Shown: positions 20,065 through 30,281, numbered from the stretch's first letter. The stretch is DNA of 64,000 nt from Candidatus Pacebacteria bacterium CG_4_9_14_0_2_um_filter_40_15 (GCA_002788675.1 PFRS01000008.1:3233-67232); one strand, 5' to 3'. A program made the numbers and translations. The notes: generated from the sequence alone by a model not told the origin.

Positions 20065-22269
20065 ATGTCACCAAAATCAGCATTACCAAAAAAAAGGATG
20101 AAATTCATAGATAGAAAACTCGATGAGGGAATGGGTAAAGCCGTTGCTCGTCGCACCTATCTACGAAAGGTAGAGGATGAGACAACTGGTCGAGAGCGCT
20201 GGGAGCGTTGGCCAGAGGTTGCACAGCGCGTAGCGCGAGGTAATACATCACTCGTTAAGAATTTCAAAGGTATCGGTAAGAAACATCAAGAGGAAGAGTT
20301 TGAATTGCTCAAGAAGCATATAGCTAATGCTTCCATGCTTATGAGCGGCAGACATCTCCAACATGGTGACGAAACCCAGTCTGAGCGAAACATGGAAGTG
20401 TTTACTAACTGTAGTACAGCATCATCATCATTCATTTTATTTTATCTGCTTATGAATGGATCTGGTGTAGGTCGTGCATACGATGACGACATGTGTGTGG
20501 TCGACTGGGATAACATGCCAAACGTCCGCTGTGTCATTGATGGTGAACATGCAGATTTTGAGTGGGGCGTTGATGAAAGTCTTCGAGATGCTAAACATAA
20601 GTATGGTGAAGGTGATCGCATTCATTGGTTTGAAGTTCCAGACAGTCGTGAAGGCTGGGGACAAGCAGTTGAAATGATTGAAATCATGGCGTTCGAGAAA
20701 AAGTTCAAGGATGATATGCTTATTTTAGATTTCACCAAAGTGCGCCCTAAAGGCAGCCCAATTGCAGGTATGCAGAACCGACCATCTTCAGGTCCAAAAC
20801 CGCTTATGAATGCCATTGATAAGCTTTCAACAGTAAAGGGTGCCGGCATGTCACCTTGGAAGCAGGCAATGTTTGTAGACCACTACTTAGCTGAATGTGT
20901 CTTAGTCGGTGGTGCCCGTCGCAGTGCTCGTATCGCAACAAAAACTTGGTCAGACCCAGAAATTTTCGACTTCATTAATATTAAACGTGGTGGATTCCTG
21001 TGGAGTGCTAACAACTCTGTTGCCGTTGATGATAAGTTTTGGAAACAGCGCAGTGGCCATGCCAAAAAAGTGCTCGATATGATTATGGAAGCATCATATA
21101 AAGATGGCACTGGTGAGCCAGGCTTCATTAACCAACATCTTCTGGTACAAAATGATGAAGGCTACGACGGCTACCAGGATGGCAAGTACGCTGAAAGTGA
21201 AAAATACAAGCCATTTACACGCAGTGAAGCAATGTTGGCAAAGTTAGCTCGTAATGCAGGCGCTAAAGTCTATGCTCAGATCCCTAACCCTTGTGGTGAA
21301 ATTTCACTTAACATGTTAGGTGGCTATTGTGTGATTGGTGATGTGGTTCCTTACTACTGTCCAACCTTGGATGATGCTGAAGAAGCCTTTAGAGCCATGG
21401 CACGTGCGCTTATCCGTGTTAACTCTATGGACTGTCTCTACTCTCGTGAAGTGAAACGAACCAACCGTATTGGAGTTGGTATGACCGGTATTCATGAATT
21501 TGCTTGGAACATGTTTGGCTATGCATTTAGAGATCTTGTTGATGAAGAAAAAAGTAAAGATTTCTGGTTAACGCTTGCTCGCTTTAAACGAGCAGTCGTT
21601 GAGGAAGCTGAAGAGTATTCTAAGAAATTAGGGGTGGCCGTTCCTCATACCAACACAACTATCAAGCCTTCTGGAACAATTTCAAAATTGTTTGCCTTAA
21701 CCGAAGGTGCTCACTTGCCAAGTATGCGCGAATACATTAGATGGGTGCAGTATCGTAGTGACGATCCAATGGTAAAGAAGTACCAGAAAAAAGGTTATCC
21801 AATTAAAGAATTGCGAAGTTACCAAGGATCAACTGCGGTTGGATTTCCAACCCAACCACTTATTTGCCGCATTGGTATGAATGGTGAGCTCGTTACAGCT
21901 GGAGAAGCAACTCCAGAAGAGCAGTACAAATGGCTCATGCTTCTGGAAAAGTACTGGATTGTGGGTATAGATGCAGATGGAAAACCACTTGAAGACACAG
22001 GCAATCAGGTTTCTTACACACTTAAGTATGATCCTAAGATTGTATCCTACAAAGGATTTACCGATATGGTTCGCAAGTATCAAGGTGAAGTAAAGTGCTG
22101 TAGTGTGATGCCACAGCAGGATACGACTGCCTATGAGTACCAGCCAGAGCAACCAGTAACATCGAGTGAATTTATGCGAGTGTTAAATGAAATCGAAAAG
22201 GACGAGAACCTCGCTGAGGACATAGATTATGAACATCTTAAATGCGAGAGTGGTGCATGTCCTATCTAA
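20065..22269 (+). CDS. nrdJ: Class II (adenosylcobalamin-dependent) ribonucleotide reductase, monomeric RTPR-like
   Basis: NCS, GSGVG, PDSREGW, GGARRSA, NPCGEISL, TIKPSGT and C-terminal CESGACPI; no small-subunit gene adjacent. Confidence 0.85.
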   Translation: MSPKSALPKKRMKFIDRKLDEGMGKAVARRTYLRKVEDETTGRERWERWPEVAQRVARGNTSLVKNFKGIGKKHQEEEFELLKKHIANASMLMSGRHLQHGDETQSERNMEVFTNCSTASSSFILFYLLMNGSGVGRAYDDDMCVVDWDNMPNVRCVIDGEHADFEWGVDESLRDAKHKYGEGDRIHWFEVPDSREGWGQAVEMIEIMAFEKKFKDDMLILDFTKVRPKGSPIAGMQNRPSSGPKPLMNAIDKLSTVKGAGMSPWKQAMFVDHYLAECVLVGGARRSARIATKTWSDPEIFDFINIKRGGFLWSANNSVAVDDKFWKQRSGHAKKVLDMIMEASYKDGTGEPGFINQHLLVQNDEGYDGYQDGKYAESEKYKPFTRSEAMLAKLARNAGAKVYAQIPNPCGEISLNMLGGYCVIGDVVPYYCPTLDDAEEAFRAMARALIRVNSMDCLYSREVKRTNRIGVGMTGIHEFAWNMFGYAFRDLVDEEKSKDFWLTLARFKRAVVEEAEEYSKKLGVAVPHTNTTIKPSGTISKLFALTEGAHLPSMREYIRWVQYRSDDPMVKKYQKKGYPIKELRSYQGSTAVGFPTQPLICRIGMNGELVTAGEATPEEQYKWLMLLEKYWIVGIDADGKPLEDTGNQVSYTLKYDPKIVSYKGFTDMVRKYQGEVKCCSVMPQQDTTAYEYQPEQPVTSSEFMRVLNEIEKDENLAEDIDYEHLKCESGACPI

Positions 22270-22295
22270 CTTGATGTGAGTGATGTAGACAAAAA

Positions 22296-22329
22296 ATAGC
22301 TACTTGGCAAACAATTGCCAAGTAGCTAT
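22296..22329 (+). terminator. Hairpin downstream of nrdJ
   Basis: ATAGCTACTTGGCAA-acaa-TTGCCAAGTAGCTAT, perfect 15-bp stem. Confidence 0.75.
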
Positions 22330-22420
22330 ACTTTAAAAAGTAGCAGTATTTTTGTTGATACATCAACGTAATAAAAGACTACAAAATATATCGTACTATA
22401 TCAAAGTAATAAGGAAAACT

Positions 22421-22933
22421 ATGGACCTACAACAAGCATTAGATCGATTCAAGGCCGATCTTGAAGCATATATTAGAGATGAGGTTGCACGGCAGATTGC
22501 AGGTCACGTAGGAGCAACGCAAGAAAAGAACATTTCTTTGGCAGCTAGTGTTTCAACTGATTTAAGTTCAACAAGCAATTCTAGTATTCAAGCAACTTTA
22601 GATCAACTGAGTGAGTTGGCAATTCCAAAAGAAAAGATAGTTTCTTCTGAGTCACTTGACGAGTTAACAAATTATTACAGTGATACTGTTAGCGTGCCAA
22701 CTCAACAAGATGTTGATTATGTTAGTGATTTAGCAGGTCTGAGTCAACGACTACAACGAACTGATATCACGAATAATGCCACTGAATCTCTTTATTCATT
22801 GGGTGTAACCGCACCAACAGGATCTGCCACAGTACAACCTCCAAATGTTGCAACTCAGAATACTAATGAAATGTCTGGGATTCAATCATTTCTTAATAAA
22901 ATACGATTACGCAAGAATTTAAGTAGTAACTAG
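22421..22933 (+). CDS. Hypothetical protein
   Basis: AAGGA ribosome-binding site before ATG 22421; S/T/Q-rich; no recognisable family. Confidence 0.65.
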   Translation: MDLQQALDRFKADLEAYIRDEVARQIAGHVGATQEKNISLAASVSTDLSSTSNSSIQATLDQLSELAIPKEKIVSSESLDELTNYYSDTVSVPTQQDVDYVSDLAGLSQRLQRTDITNNATESLYSLGVTAPTGSATVQPPNVATQNTNEMSGIQSFLNKIRLRKNLSSN

Positions 22934-22944
22934 TAAAGGAAAAT

Positions 22945-23661
22945 ATGATAGAAAATGGACAACAAGTGGATCCAAGTGTTATAGCACTTGAAGCAAAATC
23001 ACAAAGCACTTGGAATGAAGAACTTGCCCCGCACATAAAATTAGGTGAGTCAACACCGATGACAACTGCTGAAAAAATGGATCAAAAAAGACTGACTAAG
23101 CATGCGTCAAAAGAAGCAAGAAAAGCACAGCGAGAACAAGATCGTAATGGTCGCTCAGAAAGATGGGGAAAGAAATGGAGTTCTTTTAAGGAAAGTGTAT
23201 CTGGAGCATGGAATAAAACAAAAGATGTTGTTAAAGCAATTCCTGATGTGCCAAGTAAGACTGTAGACTTTGTTGAGGATGCTTATGATGCATCAGCTAC
23301 TTATATTAATGGACATGCTGTAAGAGCTGTCAATAAAGTTAATAATGTAACTACAAACTGGGGTGATGAAGTGACTGCAGCTGCTAATTTTATTAACTCT
23401 CTAGGTGCAAATTTAAAACATTCATATAATCAAGAGAGATTAGTTGCTCGTGCTGATACGCTAAAGTCAGTTGCAAATAATATTGTATCACCTGATGTCG
23501 CAACTGACGCTGGAGCAGAAGATCAATTACTCGCAGGTATGGATAAGGCATCTGAGATTGCTAATAAAATTAAAGATTTAGAAGACCAACTTGCTGCTGC
23601 TCGTGCACAACAGGGTAAGTTAAAGAAAGCTGGTGGCTGGTTAAAGAAATTCTTAAGTTAA
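22945..23661 (+). CDS. Hypothetical helical protein
   Basis: AAAGGA ribosome-binding site; 238 aa; coiled-coil end; terminal GGWLKKFLS. Confidence 0.7.
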   Translation: MIENGQQVDPSVIALEAKSQSTWNEELAPHIKLGESTPMTTAEKMDQKRLTKHASKEARKAQREQDRNGRSERWGKKWSSFKESVSGAWNKTKDVVKAIPDVPSKTVDFVEDAYDASATYINGHAVRAVNKVNNVTTNWGDEVTAAANFINSLGANLKHSYNQERLVARADTLKSVANNIVSPDVATDAGAEDQLLAGMDKASEIANKIKDLEDQLAAARAQQGKLKKAGGWLKKFLS

Positions 23662-23679
23662 ATTACAAAGGAACATACT

Positions 23680-23991
23680 ATGACAAAACAACAATTATTT
23701 GACGGTTTAGTAGAGCAAGGACTTGATCAAGAAGCTATTGATGTAGTTAAGCAAGCAGCTGAATCAATGCCAGATGAGCTCACAACTGAGAATATTCAAT
23801 CAGTTACTGAACTTATAGATGAGATGGAGCAGGCTGAACTTATTTTAGAGCGCTCATATGAACAAGAGATTGAGGCTAACGATAGAGCTTTTGAATCGAT
23901 TATGGATATTGGTGATGAATATGTAGCAGCATCAGCCGCCCAAACTGTCGCAGATATTGAGATGGTTAATACCCTAGTAGGTGCAGAATAG
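23680..23991 (+). CDS. Hypothetical acidic helical protein
   Basis: AAAGGA ribosome-binding site; 103 aa; very E/D-rich. Confidence 0.7.
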   Translation: MTKQQLFDGLVEQGLDQEAIDVVKQAAESMPDELTTENIQSVTELIDEMEQAELILERSYEQEIEANDRAFESIMDIGDEYVAASAAQTVADIEMVNTLVGAE

Positions 23992-24014
23992 CATCAACTA
24001 TTGAATTACACATT

Positions 24015-24045
24015 AAAAGGCAAGTGTTATCACTTGCCTTTTTTT
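24015..24045. terminator. Bidirectional intrinsic terminator
   Basis: AAAAGGCAAGTG-ttat-CACTTGCCTTTTTTT between convergent genes. Confidence 0.85.
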
Positions 24046-24097
24046 ACTTTGAATGATGAGTATCATTAAATGAAATAAGGTATTATCTATGTTTTGC

Positions 24098-25165
24098 TTA
24101 TTTATTTGATTCGATCGATAATCTTGGTTTTCGCTCAATTGAAGCATTTTCTAATGAAACAGCATGTTTTGCAAGTTTATACCCTGCAGCAACACCAATC
24201 ATGGCGCCATTATCCATGTTAAGCCTTCGGGTATAAGGAACTTTAAGTTGCAATCCATATGGTTTAATTGTTTCGCGAATGCTTCGTCTCAGTTGAACGT
24301 TAGCAGCCACACCGCCACCGAGCCAAACTTCAGCAAAATCATGCTGTTGTAATAACTTATTCAATTTATGCATAATATGCCTAAATACCGAGTATTGTGA
24401 TGATGCACAAAAGTCAAAAATATCTTGTTTGGTTAGTGCACCGTCCTTCGTCTTTTCTTCGAGTGTATTTCTGGCAAATGTTTTGAGTCCCGAAAAACTC
24501 ATGTTGAAATCGTTGCTAGCAGTCATTGGTAGCGGGAAGGTAATAGCCTTCGGGTTACCTTTTTTCGCAAACTCTTCGATGATATGTCCTGCTGGGTATC
24601 CCAGGTTAAGCATGCGTCCAATCTTATCAAGACATTCACCGGCTGCATCGTCAAGTTTAGTTCCGAGTATAGTGTAGTTTCCAATTTCTTTGACTTCTAT
24701 AAATTGGGTGTGGCCACCGCTGACAATAATTGCGAGAGCTGGAAGTTGAGGTGCTTTGGCATTGGGTGTTGTTTTTTTTGAGTTTGGTTGGGCGAGGCAA
24801 GACAGTGCATGACCTTCTATGTGATTGACAGGAATGAGGGGAATGGCATATTTCTCTGAAAAGGCTTCAGCAGCTCGGATTCCGACTTCAAGTGCGGGAG
24901 CTAGTCCTGGTCCCTGGGTTACTGCTACTGCAGCAAGATCTGTTGGTAAGGTATGCGCGCGTTTAAGGGCTAGAGCAATTACTCGGTCGATGTTTTCCTT
25001 ATGTGCTTGTTTGGCAACAGTTGGAAACACACCACCATAGGGTTTATGTAATTCAGTTTGTGAGGCAATGATATTTGAAAGTACGACATTATTTTCGACA
25101 ACAGCAGCTGATGTATCGTCGCATGAAGTATCGATTGCTAGTATTTTTTTTGAAGTATTATTCAT
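24098..25165 (-). CDS. tsaD: tRNA threonylcarbamoyladenosine transferase TsaD
   Basis: ILAIDTSCDDT, GPGL, NHIEGH, VSGGHT, DDAAGECLDK, GGGVAAN, DNGAMIG; ATG 25165 overlaps the upstream stop. Confidence 0.95.
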   Translation of the reverse strand: MNNTSKKILAIDTSCDDTSAAVVENNVVLSNIIASQTELHKPYGGVFPTVAKQAHKENIDRVIALALKRAHTLPTDLAAVAVTQGPGLAPALEVGIRAAEAFSEKYAIPLIPVNHIEGHALSCLAQPNSKKTTPNAKAPQLPALAIIVSGGHTQFIEVKEIGNYTILGTKLDDAAGECLDKIGRMLNLGYPAGHIIEEFAKKGNPKAITFPLPMTASNDFNMSFSGLKTFARNTLEEKTKDGALTKQDIFDFCASSQYSVFRHIMHKLNKLLQQHDFAEVWLGGGVAANVQLRRSIRETIKPYGLQLKVPYTRRLNMDNGAMIGVAAGYKLAKHAVSLENASIERKPRLSIESNK

Positions 25166-26258
25166 GAGCCGCTCCGATGTCTGAAATATGCAGTGTGCGG
25201 GCTTCACCTTCTTGTGAGAGTGCTATGTGTACTATGGGTACTGTGTGTTTTGCTGCCAGGTTCATCAAATACTCTCGCGCAACATCAAACCACTCAATAA
25301 TGAGGATCGAGGCAGGTTCAAGCATTTCTTCAAGGCCAAGTCTATTGGCTTCAGCTGCTGATTCAAGTTTCCAGATATCGGCATGGAAGAGGCGACCTGT
25401 TGTTTGATGTCGGGTATAGTCATATTCTTCAACATACGAATAGGTCGGAGACGTGATTGTTTCTTGAATGTTTAGAAAGTGTGCCACTCCCTTAGTGAAG
25501 ACAGTTTTACCTATACCCAGCGGTCCATCCAGGGCAATAATCAGACCTGTTTGGGTTACCGCGTTCCAATTTTTGAGGATCAGTTTTCCTGCTACATCCA
25601 TAGTTTCTTGTTCAGTATGTGTCGTTACAGTTTGCATATCTGAAGACGTAAGTTTTGTTGCTCCTTGTCTCAACGTAATAGGAGTTTGCAGGGTTGCATC
25701 AATAACTGTTGAGGGTGGATTATGGACAAGTTCACCTGCATCGAGAATAAGGTCGATTTTATCTTTTTGTGCCTGGGAAAGATTCGAGAGGATGTCTGAT
25801 ATGCTGTATGGTCGTTTTTTCCCCGACGCATTCGCTGAGGTTGCTGTCATGGGTTTACCATAGGCAGTTACCAGATCTAAAATGAGTTGATAGTCTGGAA
25901 TACGAAGTCCCAATGTGCCAAACTCAGAAGCAACTCCGGATGCTACAACACCTTTGTCCTTGCAGACAACAGTAACTGGTCCAGGTAAGAATTGGGCGGA
26001 GATTTGACGAGCTTGGTCGTTGATTTCAAGATACTTTTCTGCCATTTCAAGGTTAGAAACAGCGATGGAAAGTGGTTTCCCCTCACGTCTGCTCTTATAG
26101 GCAAGGAGTTTTTCAACAGCTGCAGGATTAGTTGCGTCAACACCCGCGCCATAGGTTGTCTCAGTTGGGAAAATAACAAGACCACCTGAAGCAAGTACTT
26201 CTGAAGTTTGTAAAATAATATCTTTTGCTGGTGTATTGGTACAATCTATGATTTGCAT
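25158..26258 (-). CDS. TsaC/Sua5 (YrdC) - TsaE fusion protein
   Basis: N-terminal FPTETTYG, K.R, PGPVT, TSANASG; C-terminal GPLGIGKT, ITSPTYS, HADIWKL, IIEW in one frame. Confidence 0.9.
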   Translation of the reverse strand: MQIIDCTNTPAKDIILQTSEVLASGGLVIFPTETTYGAGVDATNPAAVEKLLAYKSRREGKPLSIAVSNLEMAEKYLEINDQARQISAQFLPGPVTVVCKDKGVVASGVASEFGTLGLRIPDYQLILDLVTAYGKPMTATSANASGKKRPYSISDILSNLSQAQKDKIDLILDAGELVHNPPSTVIDATLQTPITLRQGATKLTSSDMQTVTTHTEQETMDVAGKLILKNWNAVTQTGLIIALDGPLGIGKTVFTKGVAHFLNIQETITSPTYSYVEEYDYTRHQTTGRLFHADIWKLESAAEANRLGLEEMLEPASILIIEWFDVAREYLMNLAAKHTVPIVHIALSQEGEARTLHISDIGAAHE

Positions 26259-26360
26259 GACTCTGTATTATACCAGGCGTACGCAATTTTTCTTATATCT
26301 ATGTATGTAGAAAGGATATTCTCAGGGAAATACAAAAAAAACATAGTATAATGCTCGTAT

Positions 26361-26690
26361 ATGACAGGAACAGTAGCATTTGCCTCTGGTGCAGAGGTAT
26401 CAAAAAAATTCAAGTTATATCTTAAAGTAAGAGAAATTAAGGGTATTAAGAAGGTTATAAGTGAGATAGAACAACTTCCACTTGGTGATCGAGAAGAATG
26501 GATTGAAGAGTATGGCGATATGATAAATACCGCCCTTGATAATTTTGTTGATGATTCAAGTTTTTCTTTTGAAAATATTTTTAATGATGACGAGACACTT
26601 GCGTTGTCTCAAGAACTGGTTTCTACACTGAAGGATACGATCCAGAGTGTTGAGGGTATGCTCTACCCAGATTCATTACTCGAAAGTTAG
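26361..26690 (+). CDS. Hypothetical acidic protein
   Basis: 109-aa ORF, TATAAT 8 nt upstream, 5 nt before the yidC-like gene. Confidence 0.7.
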   Translation: MTGTVAFASGAEVSKKFKLYLKVREIKGIKKVISEIEQLPLGDREEWIEEYGDMINTALDNFVDDSSFSFENIFNDDETLALSQELVSTLKDTIQSVEGMLYPDSLLES

Positions 26691-26695
26691 CTTAC

Positions 26696-27472
26696 ATGCA
26701 GTTGTTTACTACGCTTATTTATCAGCCTTTTTTGAATATATTGGTTTTTACCTATTGGGGCTTGGGAAAAGTTACTGGTGGTAATCCTGATATGGGCATT
26801 GCTGTGATACTTTTTACGGTTATTGTTCGTTTTATTTTGTTACCACTTTCTCTTAGGGGGCATAGAACAGAGGCCGAGAGGCGTAAAATCATTTCTGATT
26901 TAGATGATCTTAAGCAAGAATACCTCGGGGATCATATTGGTTTTGAAAAAGCTCGCAAAAAGTTACTTAAAGACAACAACACTGTGTTATATGGTGAGTT
27001 TACGTCATTAATTGTTCAAGTTGTTTTAGCATTAATGCTTTGGAAAATGTTTTCTACTGGACTTGAGGGGGCTGATTTACATTTACTGTATCCATTTATG
27101 CCAGAAGTAGATACCCCATACAACTTATTGTTTTTGGGAAAATATGATTTGAGTCACCCTAATTTGATTTTAAACTTTATTCAGTCCATGTTGATTTTCA
27201 TTTTTGAAACACTTTCAACCTATTACTCTAGATATAGAGTGACAAGAGCAGAAGTTGTCCGAGTTCAGTTAGTCCTTCCCGTTATGTCATTCCTAATATT
27301 TATGGGACTCCCAGCAGGTAAGAAACTCTTTGTGATAACTACCTTGTTATTCAGTATCGTTTTAATACTTATAAGAATTGTGAAACGGAGCTTCTCTGAC
27401 TACCGATATAAAAAGGAGCAAGCAGTTACTGTTCTAGCAGAAGAAGAAAAAATAGTCGTGACAAAAAGGTGA
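26696..27472 (+). CDS. yidC: YidC/Oxa1 family membrane insertase (short form)
   Basis: YQPFLN, MGIAVILFTVIVRFILLPLS, FLGKYDLSHP, LPAG. Confidence 0.8.
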   Translation: MQLFTTLIYQPFLNILVFTYWGLGKVTGGNPDMGIAVILFTVIVRFILLPLSLRGHRTEAERRKIISDLDDLKQEYLGDHIGFEKARKKLLKDNNTVLYGEFTSLIVQVVLALMLWKMFSTGLEGADLHLLYPFMPEVDTPYNLLFLGKYDLSHPNLILNFIQSMLIFIFETLSTYYSRYRVTRAEVVRVQLVLPVMSFLIFMGLPAGKKLFVITTLLFSIVLILIRIVKRSFSDYRYKKEQAVTVLAEEEKIVVTKR

Positions 27473-27546
27473 ATTGCGAAGTAAGAGAAGGTCCCCTGGG
27501 GGACGAAGTAGTGGTACAATGACCTTTGATTACGAAAAGGAAAAGT

Positions 27547-28167
27547 ATGGAATTTGATAGACTTGTTGTTTCATTTTTAGTTGACGAAGTCGTGGGTGGT
27601 TTTTTTATTTCTGTACCTCCTGGACACGTTGCTTGTATCTATGATCGTGGCAGAGGCGTGTTACCTCGAATTTGGGGTCCTGGACTCCATTTCAAAATTC
27701 CCTTTTGGCAAGTTGCAAAATTATTTAATTCGCAAGTTCTTGAATATTCAATTATGGAAGGTTTTTCTTTGGTTAAAAACAAAGAAGCTTTGGGTGACAT
27801 GCCAATTAGGACGGTGACCGCTGATGGTACACAAATTGCGATTGAAGGCTCTATTTTGTTTAGAATCGATAGAAATAATGCACCTGAACTTTGGGAAAAC
27901 TTGGGTGAACATTTAGTTTCTAAGGTTGTTCGGCCATTTTCTCGTAGTAAAATTTCAGCATTATTTACCGAGTGGACGTTAGAGCAGATAATTCATAATC
28001 GTGGCCAGGTTGAGAGTATGGTCAAAGATGAACTGCAAAAGTATTTCCAAGACCGTGGGTTAGACTGTGAAGGCTTTTTACTTTCTAAAGTTGAGGAAGT
28101 GGGTTCTAGTGGTACCAAAAAAGTAGTACTCGAAGCTCCAGAAGTGCATTCTCAAGAAACACACTAG
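27547..28167 (+). CDS. SPFH/prohibitin domain protein
   Basis: VPPGHVACIY, GPGLHFKIPFWQ, TADG, VVRPFSRS. Confidence 0.85.
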   Translation: MEFDRLVVSFLVDEVVGGFFISVPPGHVACIYDRGRGVLPRIWGPGLHFKIPFWQVAKLFNSQVLEYSIMEGFSLVKNKEALGDMPIRTVTADGTQIAIEGSILFRIDRNNAPELWENLGEHLVSKVVRPFSRSKISALFTEWTLEQIIHNRGQVESMVKDELQKYFQDRGLDCEGFLLSKVEEVGSSGTKKVVLEAPEVHSQETH

Positions 28168-28200
28168 TTATTTTTTTTCATTTTTCAATGGAAGTACCTG

Positions 28201-28238
28201 TTGACAATTTCTTAGCACTCAATTAGTATTACTGCTAG
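28201..28238 (+). promoter_or_regulatory. groES promoter -35 box and CIRCE element
   Basis: TTGACA at 28201; TTAGCACTC-N9-TACTGCTAG at 28212-28238. Confidence 0.8.
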
Positions 28239-28307
28239 TTCGTGCTCAATCTGAAGTACGAAATAAAACCAAAAGTAGTAATAATAGTTAGAAAAAGAAA
28301 GGTGAAC

Positions 28308-28610
28308 ATGTCATCTGTTTCTGTTTCAAGCATTTCTCCCTTATCAGGATACGTATTAGTTGAGCCAGCTGAGGTTCAATCTCAAACCGCAAGCGGTATT
28401 TACATCGCTTCAGACAATCAAGAAAAACCACAATATGGTACTGTTATCGCCGTTGGTGACGATGTTGTGATCGATGGAGCCACCGTTAAGGCACCAGTTA
28501 AAAAAGGTCAAACGGTTGTCTTTAAAAAATGGGGTGGCACCGAATTTAAAGTCGCTGATACTGAGTACCAGTTCTTAAAATTTGAAGATCTCTTAGCCAT
28601 AGTTAAGTAA
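28308..28610 (+). CDS. groES: Co-chaperonin GroES
   Basis: PLSGYVLVEP, TASGIYI, EKPQYGTVIAVG; GAAAGGTG before ATG 28308. Confidence 0.96.
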   Translation: MSSVSVSSISPLSGYVLVEPAEVQSQTASGIYIASDNQEKPQYGTVIAVGDDVVIDGATVKAPVKKGQTVVFKKWGGTEFKVADTEYQFLKFEDLLAIVK

Positions 28611-28649
28611 TATTTAAAAAATCATTCATACCATTCACGAAAGGAATAT

Positions 28650-30278
28650 ATGTCCGCAAAACAATTACTATTTAGTGACGACGCCCGACAAAAAATGGTT
28701 GCAGGAGTTAACCAACTCGCCGCAGCTGTTACTACAACTTTAGGCCCAAAGGGTCGCAACGTTGCAATCGATAAAGCATGGGGAGCACCTGCCGTTATTC
28801 ATGACGGTGTTTCAGTCGCTAAAGAAATCACCCTTGAAGATAAATTTGAAAACATGGGCGCTCAGCTGGTAAAACAGGCTGCAGAAAAAACAAATGAGGC
28901 AGCTGGAGATGGTACAACCACAGCAACTCTTTTAGCACAACAGATTACCGTTAAAGGTATGAAGTATGTAACCTCTGGAACCAATCCAATGATTATGAAA
29001 AAGGGCATCGACAAAGCAGTTGATGCAGTTGTTGCCGAAATTCGTCGCCTTGCTAAACCAGTTAAGAAATCAGACTGGGCAAAAGTTGCAACCATTTCTG
29101 CTCAAAATGAAGTTATTGGCGCAAAAATTGCTGAAGCACTTGAACTCGTCGGTGAAAATGGCGTTATCGAAGTCGAAGAAGGCAAAACCATGGATATCAC
29201 TATCGAACATAAAGAAGGTATGGTCTTTGATAAAGGCTATGCATCACCTTACTTTGCTGCTGGCAGTGAAACTATGGAAGCCGAAATTAAAGCACCGTAT
29301 ATTCTCGTAACAGATTCAAAGATTACCAGCATGCAAGATCTCGTGCCAATGCTTGAGAAATTCATGAACGTAAGTAAAGACTTGGTAATTATTGCTGACG
29401 ATATTGAAGGTGACGCGCTCACAAACCTCGTAGTTAATAAACTCCGCGGGGTATTTAACGTCTTAGCAGTGAAAGCTCCAGGATTTGGTGATCGTCGTAA
29501 AGCAATGCTTGAAGATATTGCTGTACTCGTAGGTGGCAAATACATTGCCACTGATTTAGGAATGTCTCTTAAAGATGTAGAAGTCGAAGATCTTGGCCGA
29601 GCAGACTCAGTTAAAGCAACCAAAGATACCACCACAATTATTGGTGGAAAGGGTACTAAGGCTGCAGTGAAAGCTCGAGTTGGTCAAATTGACACTGAAA
29701 TAGCTGCGAGTACTTCAGACTTCGATACAGAAAAACTGCAAGAACGTAAAGCTAAGCTTGCTGGCGGTGTTGCCGTAATCCAAGTTGGTGCTGCAACCGA
29801 GTCTGAGATGAAGAACCTTATGGAACGTGTTAAAGATGCAAAAGGTGCTACAACAGCAGCTATTGAAGAAGGTATCATTCCTGGTGGCGGAGTCACATTG
29901 CTTCAAGCTACAAAAGTGCTCGCAAAGCTTAAGGGTGCAAGCCATGATGAACAAATCGGTATCGATCTTATCAAAGAAGTCGCACAGGAACCACTTCGCA
30001 TGCTTGCTCAGAATAGTGGTGAGGATGCCGGATGGGTTGTTCGCACTGTAATAGCAAAAGATGATGCACATTTTGGCTTTAATGCAGTTACCAATGAGTT
30101 TGGTGACATGATTAAAGCTGGTGTGATTGAGCCTGCCAAGGTTGCAACCTCATCTCTGCGAAATGCAGCATCGGTCGCTTCAATGATTTTAACAACAGAA
30201 TGCTTAATTACAGATCTTCCTGAAAAGGATGCACCTGCTTCTGGTGGAATGGGTGGGGGTATGCCGGGGATGATGTAG
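28650..30278 (+). CDS. groEL: Chaperonin GroEL
   Basis: TLGPKGRNV, GDGTTTAT, APGFGDRRK, GGM tail. Confidence 0.98.
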   Translation: MSAKQLLFSDDARQKMVAGVNQLAAAVTTTLGPKGRNVAIDKAWGAPAVIHDGVSVAKEITLEDKFENMGAQLVKQAAEKTNEAAGDGTTTATLLAQQITVKGMKYVTSGTNPMIMKKGIDKAVDAVVAEIRRLAKPVKKSDWAKVATISAQNEVIGAKIAEALELVGENGVIEVEEGKTMDITIEHKEGMVFDKGYASPYFAAGSETMEAEIKAPYILVTDSKITSMQDLVPMLEKFMNVSKDLVIIADDIEGDALTNLVVNKLRGVFNVLAVKAPGFGDRRKAMLEDIAVLVGGKYIATDLGMSLKDVEVEDLGRADSVKATKDTTTIIGGKGTKAAVKARVGQIDTEIAASTSDFDTEKLQERKAKLAGGVAVIQVGAATESEMKNLMERVKDAKGATTAAIEEGIIPGGGVTLLQATKVLAKLKGASHDEQIGIDLIKEVAQEPLRMLAQNSGEDAGWVVRTVIAKDDAHFGFNAVTNEFGDMIKAGVIEPAKVATSSLRNAASVASMILTTECLITDLPEKDAPASGGMGGGMPGMM

Positions 30279-30281
30279 TTC

